From the NCBI GenBank assembly GCA_021823625.1, contig JAKANS010000002.1, positions 7,575-71,574 of the forward strand: a DNA stretch of 64,000 nt. Direction: 5' to 3'. Position numbers and translations under genes: made by a program. A model generated the notes under the pieces. It was not told the origin of the DNA, did no database searches, and saw nothing but the letters and a program-made list of their open reading frames with translations. Below are positions 50,810 to 59,963 of this stretch, in pieces (position 1 is the stretch's first letter; every line of letters begins with the position of its first letter). The stretch comes from a bacterium. GTDB lineage: Bacteria; Verrucomicrobiota; Verrucomicrobiia; Limisphaerales; J093.

Positions 50810-52168
50810 CTAAGATGAAGGTTTGAACCGACCCCTTTCGTCCATCGGCAACCATCGGTCGATCGTTGCCGCGAAGCCGCCGTGCCAGATCTTGGGGCGG
50901 AAGTCGCTCGAAACGAACGCTTCCGTGGCCGCGGGATGATCGCGCCGCCATTGGACCCAGGCGCCCAGCAGGCCGGCCGTTTCCTTGATTTCCCAGAGGT
51001 GCGGGTACAGCGCGTAAAGCACATCGCGATCCGCCAGTTCCGTCGCTTTGTCATAGACCTCCGCAATCTGGCGGGTGGTCTGCTCGAACCGGACCGCCAC
51101 TTCGCCCCAGCCGTTCGGCGGCGTGTGCAGGATCACCCGCAGGTCGGCTAGGTAGCGCTCGGCCAGCTCCCCAAACTCGGTCGGCAGGTAGAAGATGTCC
51201 GCCGCTAGCTGAAGCCCTTCGAGCGTGAGCGCGCCTCCCCGGCCACGGCTCTTGAACGCCGGCAGCCACGCCGCCAGCGCCTCGTGGTATGCCGCGCGCG
51301 GGGAGTAGGTCTGTGGATCGCGCACGTAAGCCGCGAGAGTGCGGACCGGGATGAAGTTCGCTTCGAACTGGCAGTTGGGATTCGACAAAATGCCCGTGAT
51401 TTCGCTGGGCAATTCCGGCGCTCGCCCCGAATACGGCCCAACGTAAAGCCGGCGCATGTCGTAATCGTTTGCGTGGAGGTTGTCCCAGAGCATTGGCTTG
51501 CGTCGGAGCACGCGCTGCAGTTCGCGGATCGAGTCCACGGGCATGACTTCGGAGATGATCTCCGGACCGGTCCAAAGCACGTCGATCTTGGGATCAAGTT
51601 GTTCGCCGAGGGTTCGCAGGTAGGCCGATTCAGCGACTGAAGGTCGAGCGAACGCGCCGCAGTATTCGGTGGGGCAAAACAGCAGGTGGCTTTCGCCCGA
51701 CCCACCGGCCGCCCATTTCAACACCTCGTTGGCGGCGAAAGCCTGCGCCGCGGCGGGCGTGCCGAACCGTTGCTTGTCCGCGGCGGTCAACTCCGGCGAA
51801 ATGTCATCGAACAAAATGGCAAAATGGCGCACGCCCAAATCGCGAACCTGCTTTAGTTTCGCCTGCAGCGCGGCTAGGTCGGCGGCATCCGTGAACCTGA
51901 TGTCCAGACCGGGCGCGGTGGCGTAGATGAACTGCAAGCCTTGGCACTGGCAATCGCGGACCAAGTCGCGCAAAGCGGCGAGCTCCTGGAAATCGTAGAG
52001 TTCGCGCCAGACAGCGCGGTGCTTGGTGTCGTCCTTGGGCGCGTACATGTAGGCGTTGAGGCCGCCTTCGTGGAGCCAGCCGAAGAGCGTCCGCCGCTGG
52101 GCCGGATTCCACGGCCGGCCGTAGAATCCTTCCACCACGCCGTAAAGACCTTTGTTCGTCGCTGTCAT
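50810..52168 (-). CDS. GH84 beta-N-acetylglucosaminidase (O-GlcNAcase/NagJ-like)
   Basis: GVVEGFYGRPW, YMYAPKDD, HFAILFDDI (catalytic DD pair), WDNLHANDY. The ATG at 52168 is preferred over the ORF-track start at 52303. No signal peptide seen. Confidence 0.8.
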   Translation of the reverse strand: MTATNKGLYGVVEGFYGRPWNPAQRRTLFGWLHEGGLNAYMYAPKDDTKHRAVWRELYDFQELAALRDLVRDCQCQGLQFIYATAPGLDIRFTDAADLAALQAKLKQVRDLGVRHFAILFDDISPELTAADKQRFGTPAAAQAFAANEVLKWAAGGSGESHLLFCPTEYCGAFARPSVAESAYLRTLGEQLDPKIDVLWTGPEIISEVMPVDSIRELQRVLRRKPMLWDNLHANDYDMRRLYVGPYSGRAPELPSEITGILSNPNCQFEANFIPVRTLAAYVRDPQTYSPRAAYHEALAAWLPAFKSRGRGGALTLEGLQLAADIFYLPTEFGELAERYLADLRVILHTPPNGWGEVAVRFEQTTRQIAEVYDKATELADRDVLYALYPHLWEIKETAGLLGAWVQWRRDHPAATEAFVSSDFRPKIWHGGFAATIDRWLPMDERGRFKPSS

Positions 52169-52396
52169 CGTGTCCGTTCGGTTGAATTGGCTTCGAACAT
52201 GCCGTGGACACCCGCGTGGCGCAATCTCGCTCCACCTGCCGGTCTGGCGTTTTGCTCCGAGCTCGCGCACGCCCTGTGCCGCCGGTGAACAACCGGTGGA
52301 CAAGCCCCGCCGGCTCCGGACCCGAAAGCTTTTGACGCTCCCGCAGCCAGCCGTTAAGCATGTTCGGAAAACGCCGCCCAGTGGCGGCGATCACGG

Positions 52397-53131
52397 ATGA
52401 GCGTATCACCGGCATTTTTCGCGCGCGAGCAACTGGACCTGCTTTACGTCTGGGGACAGGCCACGTTGGAGGGCAAGGCGATCATCGTCCTGCTCGTCTT
52501 TTTCTCGATCATCGCCTGGTCGATCATGGCCACGAAGGCGGTCGAGATGCGGCGTGCCCGCAAATTGAACGGGTACTTCGACGCCGAGTTCCGCACCCAA
52601 AAAGGCGTCCTCGGCATCTTCGATCGACGTGTCCAAGTGGATGGCTGCCCGTTGTTCGCGGTTTATCAGGCGGGCTGCCAGGAACTCGACAACCGGCTGC
52701 GGACACGCGAAGGCGGTCGCAAGCCGCGCGTGTCGTTGACGGCGATGGAGCACACCAAGCGCACACTCGAGAGCGCGGTCGCCCGGCAGGCCTTGAAGCT
52801 GGAGTCCGGGTTGATCCTGCTCGCCATCGCGGTCAGCGGCGCGCCGTTCATGGGTTTGTTGGGCACGGTCTGGGGCGTGATGAGCGCCTTCAGTGGCATC
52901 GCCAAATCGGCCGCCGCCGGCGGGCGCGCGGACTTGGCGTCCATGGCCCCCGGCGTGGCGGCCGCGTTGATCACCACCATCGCCGGCCTGCTGGTGGCGA
53001 TTCCATCGATGTTCGGCTACAATTGGCTGGTTCACAACCTGCGCGTCCACACGGTCGAGTTGGACAATTTCGCGCAGGAACTCGTCTCCAAAATGGAGAC
53101 CGAGTACCTCCAGGAGGAGGACAACGGCTAG
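52397..53131 (+). CDS. tolQ: MotA/TolQ/ExbB proton-channel protein
   Basis: GAPFMGLLGTVWGVMSAF and ALITTIAGLLVAIPSMFGYNWL. First gene of a tolQ-R-A-B-pal-like cluster. Confidence 0.85.
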   Translation: MSVSPAFFAREQLDLLYVWGQATLEGKAIIVLLVFFSIIAWSIMATKAVEMRRARKLNGYFDAEFRTQKGVLGIFDRRVQVDGCPLFAVYQAGCQELDNRLRTREGGRKPRVSLTAMEHTKRTLESAVARQALKLESGLILLAIAVSGAPFMGLLGTVWGVMSAFSGIAKSAAAGGRADLASMAPGVAAALITTIAGLLVAIPSMFGYNWLVHNLRVHTVELDNFAQELVSKMETEYLQEEDNG

Positions 53132-53158
53132 GCCGGCCGCGCGCCGACCTTCCCCGCC

Positions 53159-53578
53159 ATGCGCCGCTTCTCCCAACGCAACGCGCTGGTCACGTTGAGC
53201 GACATCAACATCACCCCGCTCCTCGACCTGGCGTTCGTGTTGCTCATCATCTTCGTGATCACCACACCGCTGCTGGAGCACAGCATCGACATGCGCCTGC
53301 CGCCCGGCGGCAAGGCCGTGCAGCGCGTGGACCGTGACAACATCCTCAACGTGGAAGTGGACAAGCAAGGGCACTACCTGATCGACAAGACCGGGTACAC
53401 GATCGACCAGTTGGAGCAACGGCTCGTGAGCGCCTACAAGGCGAACCCGGAACTGGTCATCCGCGTCCGTGCCGACCAGGACAGCCTGGCGCGGCAGTTC
53501 TACCCGGTGATCGACCGCCTCGTGAAGAACGGGATCACCAGAATCTCCCTGGCCACCGAACCGTCTAACCGCAGATGA
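53159..53578 (+). CDS. tolR: ExbD/TolR biopolymer transport protein
   Basis: DINITPLLDLAFVLLIIFVITTP TM with the conserved Asp. 139 aa. The stop overlaps the next start (ATGA at 53575-53578). Confidence 0.85.
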   Translation: MRRFSQRNALVTLSDINITPLLDLAFVLLIIFVITTPLLEHSIDMRLPPGGKAVQRVDRDNILNVEVDKQGHYLIDKTGYTIDQLEQRLVSAYKANPELVIRVRADQDSLARQFYPVIDRLVKNGITRISLATEPSNRR

Positions 53579-54486
53579 GCCGGCTGCAACGAGAATGCCT
53601 GGCGGCGTCGCTGGTGATGCACACCACCCTGCTGGTGTCACTGGTCGTCGGGGCCGGCTTTGCGTCCCGCCACCAGCCGGTCACCGAGGAAGTCACCCTC
53701 CTGACGTTCATCCCGGACAAACTCGTCGATGCCCCCATGACGGGGGGGGGCAATCCGCCGAGCCAACCTCCGCGCCAACCGGCCAGCCAGCCGCCAGTTC
53801 GTCAGCCGGAAGCACCGCCGCCCAAGCCGTCCGAGCCGCCAAAAGTGGAAAAGGCGGTCGAGAAGGAAGTTCCGCCACCCAAGGTTGCCGAACCGAAGCG
53901 GACGGCGAAAGCGCCGGCGCCGGAGCCAGTACTCACCTCGCCCACCGGCGAGAAACCGGCACCGAAGCGCAAGATCGAGGTCAACCTTAAGCCGGTCGAA
54001 TTCTCCGCGGCGGAAGCCCGCGCCAGGCGCGAGCAGGCCGCTACCGAGGCGCGCACCCGCCGGCAAGCCGAGGCGCAACGCTTGGCCGACCTCCAGCGGA
54101 ACCGCGTGGCGGGCGTGGTCGGCAGCCTCGAAAACCAGCTTTCCAGCAGCACATCCGTCAGCGTGCCCGGCACCGGCGGCGCCACCTACGCGAGTTACAC
54201 CAGCTTTGTGGACCTGATTTACCGCACCGCCTGGGCCCCTCTGAAACCGCGCGAGACCGCCGACCGCAGCGCGTCGGTGCTGGTTCGGGTGGTCATCGCC
54301 CACGACGGCAAAGTGATCTCCGACACCATCCGCAAGCGCTCGGGCAACGCCGCGCTGGACAGGTCGGTGCAGGCGGCGCTGGACCGCGTGCCGACGATCG
54401 GCCGACCGTTCCCGGAAGGCGCGACGGACGCGCAACGCGAGTTCGACATTGTCTTCACCCTGGAATCCACCGGGGCCTCTGGATGA
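53575..54486 (+). CDS. TolA/TonB-family energy transducer
   Basis: N-terminal TM (LAASLVMHTTLLVSLVVGAGF), a Pro/Lys/Glu-rich spacer, and a TonB_C-like end (VLVRVVIAHDGKVISDTIRKRSGNAALDRSVQAAL). It occupies the TolA position. Confidence 0.7.
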   Translation: MSRLQRECLAASLVMHTTLLVSLVVGAGFASRHQPVTEEVTLLTFIPDKLVDAPMTGGGNPPSQPPRQPASQPPVRQPEAPPPKPSEPPKVEKAVEKEVPPPKVAEPKRTAKAPAPEPVLTSPTGEKPAPKRKIEVNLKPVEFSAAEARARREQAATEARTRRQAEAQRLADLQRNRVAGVVGSLENQLSSSTSVSVPGTGGATYASYTSFVDLIYRTAWAPLKPRETADRSASVLVRVVIAHDGKVISDTIRKRSGNAALDRSVQAALDRVPTIGRPFPEGATDAQREFDIVFTLESTGASG

Positions 54487-55661
54487 TAAACCTCATGCGA
54501 AACCTCCCCACGCTGCTCCTCGGCTGGCTGGCCGCGACCGTCCTCCTGGCGCCGGCGCGCTCCGCGGAGTCGATCGAAATCAAGGAATACGCCAGCGCCA
54601 CACAGAAGCCGATCCCCATCGCGTTGGTCGGCTACACCGGCGAAGTGGCCAGCGTGCTTAAATTCGACCTGTACGTGGTCGGTTTCGCCACCGTGGAGGA
54701 AAGCGCCGCCCAGTACACGCTGCGCGGCGGCAACAGCGGCCAGGTCGAGGGCCGGCTCACCGACAACGTCAGCAAGGCGGTGAAGTTCGGGAAGGCGTAC
54801 AGCGGCGGCTCGCTCCGCACCCAGGCCCACGCGCTGGCAGATGACGTGGTCGCGGCGGTCACCGGCAAAAAAGGCATCGCCACCACGAAGATCGCCTTCA
54901 AGGTCGTCCGCGGCCAAAACAGTGAAATCTACGTCAGCGACTACGACGGTTACGACGCCAAGGCGGTCACCCACGACGGCACGGTGGTCGCGGCGCCGAC
55001 GTGGATGCCGGGCGCGCGTCGGCTGTACTACACCACTTACAAGTTCGGGAACGCCGACATCGTCTGGCACGACGTCGGCACGGGAGAACGCAAGGTGTTC
55101 GCGCGCTACACCGGCTCGAACATCAGCCCGGCGGTCGCGCCTGACGGCCGGCACGTGGCCATGATTCTCAGCAAAGGCGGCAGCCCGGATTTGTACGTGG
55201 CGGACCCGGACGGCGGCAACCTGCGCCAGCTCACCCGGACGCGCGAAGACGAGTCCAGCCCGTGCTGGTCGCCGGACAGCCGCACGATTTGCTACGCGAC
55301 CAAAATGGGTGGACGTCGGGTGCTGGCCACCATTTCCGCCAGCGGCGGCACCCCACGGCGCCTGCCCACCTCCGGCGTGGCCAATCCGTCCGAGCCGGAC
55401 TGGTCGCCGGACGGCAAGTGGATCGCGTTCACGTCGCAGATGCGCAACTTCGAGATTTGCGTCGTGCCGGCGGGCGGCGGCGAGACCAAGCTGTATTTTT
55501 CGGGCGAAGATCCGGTCTGGGCGCCGAATTCGCGGACGCTGATTTTCACCCGGCGATCCGGCGGCGGGCGAGTCCTGTCTTTGCTTGACGTGCTCACCAA
55601 ACAACTCAAGGATGTCCCCCACAGTTTAGGCATTTGTTCGCAGCCGACGTGGGCCAGATAG
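54483..55661 (+). CDS. tolB: TolB-like periplasmic beta-propeller protein
   Basis: Signal peptide. Repeated PDG..(V/I)A(F/M)..........(L/I)Y units are present (SPAVAPDGRHVAMILSKGGSPDLYV, PCWSPDSRTICYAT, PDWSPDGKWIAFTS). The ATG overlaps the upstream stop (ATGA at 54483-54486). Confidence 0.8.
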   Translation: MINLMRNLPTLLLGWLAATVLLAPARSAESIEIKEYASATQKPIPIALVGYTGEVASVLKFDLYVVGFATVEESAAQYTLRGGNSGQVEGRLTDNVSKAVKFGKAYSGGSLRTQAHALADDVVAAVTGKKGIATTKIAFKVVRGQNSEIYVSDYDGYDAKAVTHDGTVVAAPTWMPGARRLYYTTYKFGNADIVWHDVGTGERKVFARYTGSNISPAVAPDGRHVAMILSKGGSPDLYVADPDGGNLRQLTRTREDESSPCWSPDSRTICYATKMGGRRVLATISASGGTPRRLPTSGVANPSEPDWSPDGKWIAFTSQMRNFEICVVPAGGGETKLYFSGEDPVWAPNSRTLIFTRRSGGGRVLSLLDVLTKQLKDVPHSLGICSQPTWAR

Positions 55662-55687
55662 ACTTAGCTTTTCGCAAGGTTACAATC

Positions 55688-56326
55688 ATGAAACGCACCC
55701 ATTTTCTCAATGCACTTGCGGTCGCTTTGACGCTCGTGGTCGCCGGTGTCGGCTGCAAGAAAACTCCCAAAAGCGTCACGCCCATCCCCGCCCGCACGGT
55801 CCGCGCGCCGGGTCCGGGCACCGGGCCGGGACCGCTGGGCGGGGGGGGCACGGTGCCCAACCAGGGCGTGGGCGAAAACAACCTCGGGACCAAGAGCACC
55901 GATCTGGGGCCTGGCACGGGTGGCACGCCCATGGCCGGCATGGGTAAGTTCGAGGGGTACCTGATGGACACGAACATCTTCGCCGCGGCCACCGTCCATT
56001 TCGACTTCGACAGCTCGGTGGTGAAGCGCAGCGAATACGAAAAGGCCGACTCCGTGGTCGAGCAACTCAAATTGAAGCCGGAGGACAAGCTCCTCATCGA
56101 CGGTCACTGCGACGAGCGCGGCACCGAGGAATACAACCGGTCGCTGGGCGAGCGGCGCGCCCTGGCCCTCCGCGAATACCTGATCGGCAAGGGCATTGGC
56201 GGCGAGCGCATCCGCACGCGCAGTTGGGGCGAGGATCGGCCCGTCGATCCGGGCCACGACGAAGTCGCATGGGCGAAAAATCGTCGCGGCGAATTCATCC
56301 TGTTGTTGCCGCCGGCCGGCCAATAG
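55688..56326 (+). CDS. pal: peptidoglycan-associated lipoprotein (OmpA family)
   Basis: Signal plus Cys (LTLVVAGVGC), a Gly/Pro-rich linker, and an OmpA_C domain (VHFDFDSSVV, IDGHCDERGTEEYNRSLGERRA, NRRGEFILL). The ATG at 55688 is preferred. Confidence 0.85.
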   Translation: MKRTHFLNALAVALTLVVAGVGCKKTPKSVTPIPARTVRAPGPGTGPGPLGGGGTVPNQGVGENNLGTKSTDLGPGTGGTPMAGMGKFEGYLMDTNIFAAATVHFDFDSSVVKRSEYEKADSVVEQLKLKPEDKLLIDGHCDERGTEEYNRSLGERRALALREYLIGKGIGGERIRTRSWGEDRPVDPGHDEVAWAKNRRGEFILLLPPAGQ

Positions 56327-56419
56327 TGGACCGCGCGCTCGGGGACACACCGGCGCCGCAGTTTTTGCCGCTTTACTATCCGGCAACCGTGGCCTAGCTT
56401 GCACCCTGATTTGATTTCT

Positions 56420-56617
56420 ATGAATACCATGTTGGCCATGTGGGGACTGAGCGGCGGCGAGATCGTGTTGGTCGTGGTCGTCGTGCTCGTCCTGTTCGGC
56501 GCCCGGAAAATTCCCGAGTTCGCGAAGGGCCTCGGCCAGGGCATCAAGGAGTTCAAAAAGGCCACCAACGAACCCCCGCCGGACGCCGCCAATCCTCCCA
56601 ACGCAAAGAGTCGATGA
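56420..56617 (+). CDS. tatA: twin-arginine translocase TatA/E-family protein
   Basis: [37 protein letters not shown], the canonical TatA TM plus amphipathic helix. The stop overlaps the next start (ATGA at 56614-56617). Confidence 0.85.
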   Translation: MNTMLAMWGLSGGEIVLVVVVVLVLFGARKIPEFAKGLGQGIKEFKKATNEPPPDAANPPNAKSR

Positions 56618-56934
56618 CCATGAGTTCGATGCTGGCAATGCTCGGTTTGAGCGGCGGCGAGTTGATCCTCGTCCTGGTCGCGGTGCTGGTCCTGTTCGGA
56701 GCGAAGAAGATCCCGGATTTTGCCAAGGGCTTGGGCCAGGGTATCAAGGAATTCAAAAAGGCTTCGCGGGAAGTGCAGGACGAGTTCGACCGCGTGACTT
56801 CCGACATCAACAACCCCACTCCGCCACCACCGCCGGTCGCTTCGCGCCCGACACCCACCCCGGCGCCTGAGGCCGTCGCGCAGACTGCGTCGGCGCCGGA
56901 TACCACGTCACCTGCCTCCGAGGCAAAAAGCTGA
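56614..56934 (+). CDS. second TatA-family paralog with a longer C-terminal tail (possible TatB role)
   Basis: [45 protein letters not shown], followed by a Pro/Thr/Ala-rich tail. 106 aa from the ATG at 56614. Confidence 0.8.
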   Translation: MTMSSMLAMLGLSGGELILVLVAVLVLFGAKKIPDFAKGLGQGIKEFKKASREVQDEFDRVTSDINNPTPPPPPVASRPTPTPAPEAVAQTASAPDTTSPASEAKS

Positions 56935-56959
56935 CTGACGCGGACCGCCCGGCTTCTTC

Positions 56960-58054
56960 ATGGACGATCCGAGCGATCCATCGCGTCCCGCCGCTCCGGA
57001 CGCCGCCGTATCTCCTTATTCGCCCCCGCCTTCTCCGCCGCCCAGCGAGGCAGACGAGGCCGAGGAGGACGAAGGCGGTGGCCCCATAAAATCGTTCCTC
57101 GAGCACCTGGAAGACCTGCGCTGGGTGCTCATCAAGACGTTCACGGCCATCCTGCTCGGCATGGTGGTCTGCCTGCTGGCGGTCAACCAACTCGTCGAAA
57201 TCCTGAAGTGGCCACTGGAACGCTCGCGCCAGCTTCAGTCGTTTTTCGACCCCAAAGGCGTCCAGCAGATCACGGTCTTCTTCGGCACGAACAAGGTGGC
57301 GGCGTTTCAGTCGCGGACCAACCGGATGGCCGGGATCGACCTGGGCACCAACCGCACCGTGCTGCTCCAGCTCGAAGCGACCGAACTGAACGGCCACCAC
57401 GTGCTCGAAATCCGGAACGTGACGAACGCACCAGCCGCGCTGGTCGATAAAGGCCGCGGCCCGGGCCTGATCTTCCTCGATCCGGCGGCGCCGTTCCTGT
57501 CGTCGTTGAGCCTGGCCTTCTTCGGCGGCCTCCTCCTCGCGGCGCCGTTCGTGTTCTACTTCCTCGGTGGGTTCCTCCTGCCAGCCCTGAAAATCAAGGA
57601 GAAGAAGTACGGCCTGCGCGCGTTTGGGGTGGGGCTGTTCCTGTTCGCGCTGGGCGTGAGTTTCTGCTACTTCGGCATCATGCCGCTCGCGTTGCGCGCC
57701 GCCGAGGCGTACTCGAACTGGATGGGCGTGCAAATGCCGGACTGGCGGGCGGAGACGTATTTCAGCTTCGTCATGAAGTTCATGTTGGGCATGGGCCTGG
57801 GCTTCGAGATGCCGGTGGTGCTCCTCGCACTCGTGAAGATCGGCATCCTCGACTACAAAAAGCTGGCGGCCATGCGGACGTACATGATCGTCATCAACCT
57901 GGTTCTCGGGGCAATACTCACAACCCCCGAGGTGTTCACCCAGGTGCTGATGGCCGTCCCGCTGCAGATCCTTTACGAAATCGCGGTCTGGATCGCGTGG
58001 TATTGGGAACGGCGCGACCGGAAACGGGCCGAGCAGGAAGCCCGCGCCGGTTAA
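56960..58054 (+). CDS. tatC: twin-arginine translocase subunit TatC (extended, 364 aa)
   Basis: FLEHLEDLRWVLIK, FLDPAAPFLSSLSLAFFGGLLLAAPFVFY, MGLGFEMPVV, ILTTPEVFTQVLMAVP. It has an acidic/Pro-rich N-terminal extension and a long insert in the first periplasmic loop. Confidence 0.85.
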   Translation: MDDPSDPSRPAAPDAAVSPYSPPPSPPPSEADEAEEDEGGGPIKSFLEHLEDLRWVLIKTFTAILLGMVVCLLAVNQLVEILKWPLERSRQLQSFFDPKGVQQITVFFGTNKVAAFQSRTNRMAGIDLGTNRTVLLQLEATELNGHHVLEIRNVTNAPAALVDKGRGPGLIFLDPAAPFLSSLSLAFFGGLLLAAPFVFYFLGGFLLPALKIKEKKYGLRAFGVGLFLFALGVSFCYFGIMPLALRAAEAYSNWMGVQMPDWRAETYFSFVMKFMLGMGLGFEMPVVLLALVKIGILDYKKLAAMRTYMIVINLVLGAILTTPEVFTQVLMAVPLQILYEIAVWIAWYWERRDRKRAEQEARAG

Positions 58055-58117
58055 AGCCCACACGGAGCGATGCGCGTGCGTCCGCCGTCGCCCCCGAACC
58101 TTCCGCCAAGCCCCGGC

Positions 58118-59266
58118 ATGAAAACCTTGCACCTGTACCTCACGCGACAGGTGGTGGCTGCGCTGGTCCTGACCGTGGCGGTGTTCACGTTCGTGCTCCT
58201 GCTCGGCAACTTGCTCAAGGAAATCCTGGAACTCCTCGTCAACCGGCAGGCGTCGCTGCTGAGCATTCTCCAGGCGCTCGGCTACTTGATCCCGTTCGTG
58301 CTGGTCTTCGCGTTGCCGATGGGGCTGCTCACCGCCACGCTGCTCGTCTTTGGCCGGTTCAGCGCCGACCAGGAACTCACCGCCGCCCGCGCCAGCGGTG
58401 TGAGCTTGATCGCGTTAATTACGCCCATCCTGTTGCTGAGCGTGGTGCTCAGCGGGCTGAGTGCGTGGTTCAACATGCAGCTCGGCCCGCAGTGCCGCAT
58501 GGCTTACAAGGCCCTGCTCTTCCGGCTCGGGACCGAGCGCCCCACCGCGCTGCTTCAGGAAAACCAGTTCGTGCGCCTGTCCACCAATTACATCATCTAC
58601 GTCGGCAAGGTCGAGGGCCTCAACCTGCGAAACCTCGTGGTGTACCAGATGGACACCAACGCGCCGCCAACCGCCACGGATAATCCTGGGTATCTCCCCT
58701 CCCATCCGGCTGACCTTCCAAGCGTGGCCGCCATCTACCGGGCGCCCGACGCCACGCTCCTGGTGGACACCAACACCGGCGTCATGCAACTTGAGATGCC
58801 TCAGGTGGAAGGCACCTACGTGACCCCGGCGGCCTTGATCTCCGGTCAGTCCGCCGGCATGAAACTGACGTTGCCCATCAACCTCTCGCAGCATTCGCTC
58901 GGCGGACCGCCGCTGGCCGACATGACACTGGCGCAACTCCTCGACACCTATTACGAGTTCCGCCGTCAGGGCATCGACGTCACGCCGGTCAAGGTCCAGA
59001 TGCATCGCCAGGCCGCGTTTTCGTTCGGCTGCATTGGCTTCACCTTGATCGGCATTCCGCTGGCCGTGCGGGCGCACCGCCGCGAAACCAGCGCCGGCTT
59101 TGGCATCGCTTTGGTCCTGGTGCTCATCTACCACAGCTTCGCGATTCTGGCGCAGGCGTGGGAGACCTACCCCCAACGTCACCCGGAGCTGATCCTTTGG
59201 GTGCCGAATCTGTTGTTCCAAGGCCTGGGCGCCTGGCTCCTGTGGCGGGCCAATCGGCGAGGCTGA
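58118..59266 (+). CDS. LptF/LptG-family LPS export permease
   Basis: MKTLHLYLTRQVVAALVLTVAVFTFVLLLGNLLKE, FGRFSADQELTAARASGVS, and a central periplasmic domain followed by three C-terminal TM helices. Only one copy lies in the window. Confidence 0.8.
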   Translation: MKTLHLYLTRQVVAALVLTVAVFTFVLLLGNLLKEILELLVNRQASLLSILQALGYLIPFVLVFALPMGLLTATLLVFGRFSADQELTAARASGVSLIALITPILLLSVVLSGLSAWFNMQLGPQCRMAYKALLFRLGTERPTALLQENQFVRLSTNYIIYVGKVEGLNLRNLVVYQMDTNAPPTATDNPGYLPSHPADLPSVAAIYRAPDATLLVDTNTGVMQLEMPQVEGTYVTPAALISGQSAGMKLTLPINLSQHSLGGPPLADMTLAQLLDTYYEFRRQGIDVTPVKVQMHRQAAFSFGCIGFTLIGIPLAVRAHRRETSAGFGIALVLVLIYHSFAILAQAWETYPQRHPELILWVPNLLFQGLGAWLLWRANRRG

Positions 59267-59594
59267 ACTCCGGCTTGCTGCCCGGCAGGTCTTTTCCGAT
59301 CGCACCGGCGGATAATCCTGAGGTGGAACGCGCGCTCGAAACGGGGAGCGCGACCATCGTGGTCGCTCCCGACGGCGCCGCGCCGACGGGACCGCGCGGT
59401 CGAACGCAAAGCCCAACCGCGTTACCGGCGTGGTTCCCAGCGCTTCCGGCCGGAGGCCGAAAGCTGCGGACGCGACGCCCGCGCTCCCCAGAACCCAGAC
59501 ACCGACGCCGCCGGTGGGTCCAACACCACCTCGGCCAGGCCGGAGGCCAGTGCGCCCGGTTGACCGGCTACTTGCCGAACCGGTAATCTCGCGC

Positions 59595-59963
59595 ATGGCT
59601 CACCAGAAACTGCCGCCCGCCGAGGTCCCCGTTGGGCGGCCCAGCGCCCTCGTGGACCCGCGCAAGTTCAAAGACCCGCATGACAAGGCGCAGTGGGAGC
59701 GACTCCATTCGCTGTCAAACCCGATCGACACCGACGGCAACGCCTTCAGCCTCTGGCAGGACGGCGAATGGGTGGATTCCGTCGTCACCCTCCTCGGCGA
59801 CCTCGAGTCCGCCGGCCTCAAGCGGCAGGCGCCGCCGGGCTTGCTGGGCCTGTTCGAGCATTGTTTCCGCTGGGAATCTGTTCCTCCGCAACTCTCGACG
59901 CGCAGCCTCAAGTACCGAAATCCGGGCATGTGCCTCATCGCCTGCCCCCGCGCCCATGCCTGA
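59595..59963 (+). CDS. hypothetical protein (122 aa) overlapping the start of the Res gene
   Basis: ATG at 59595 with balanced, protein-like composition (KFKDPHDKAQWERLHSLSNPIDTDGNAFSLWQDGEWVDSVV). The competing upstream extension of the Res frame is S/R/A-rich junk. It overlaps the Res ATG by 8 nt (ATGCCTGA). Confidence 0.5.
   Translation: MAHQKLPPAEVPVGRPSALVDPRKFKDPHDKAQWERLHSLSNPIDTDGNAFSLWQDGEWVDSVVTLLGDLESAGLKRQAPPGLLGLFEHCFRWESVPPQLSTRSLKYRNPGMCLIACPRAHA

Noticed and set aside
59632-59955. The upstream extension of the Res ORF, which would give 1147 aa.
   Set aside because: The extension is S/R/A/P-rich and motif-free. The conserved Res N-terminus (PILNNPYEEP) begins right after the ATG at 59956. 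A protein-like ORF occupies the region in another frame.
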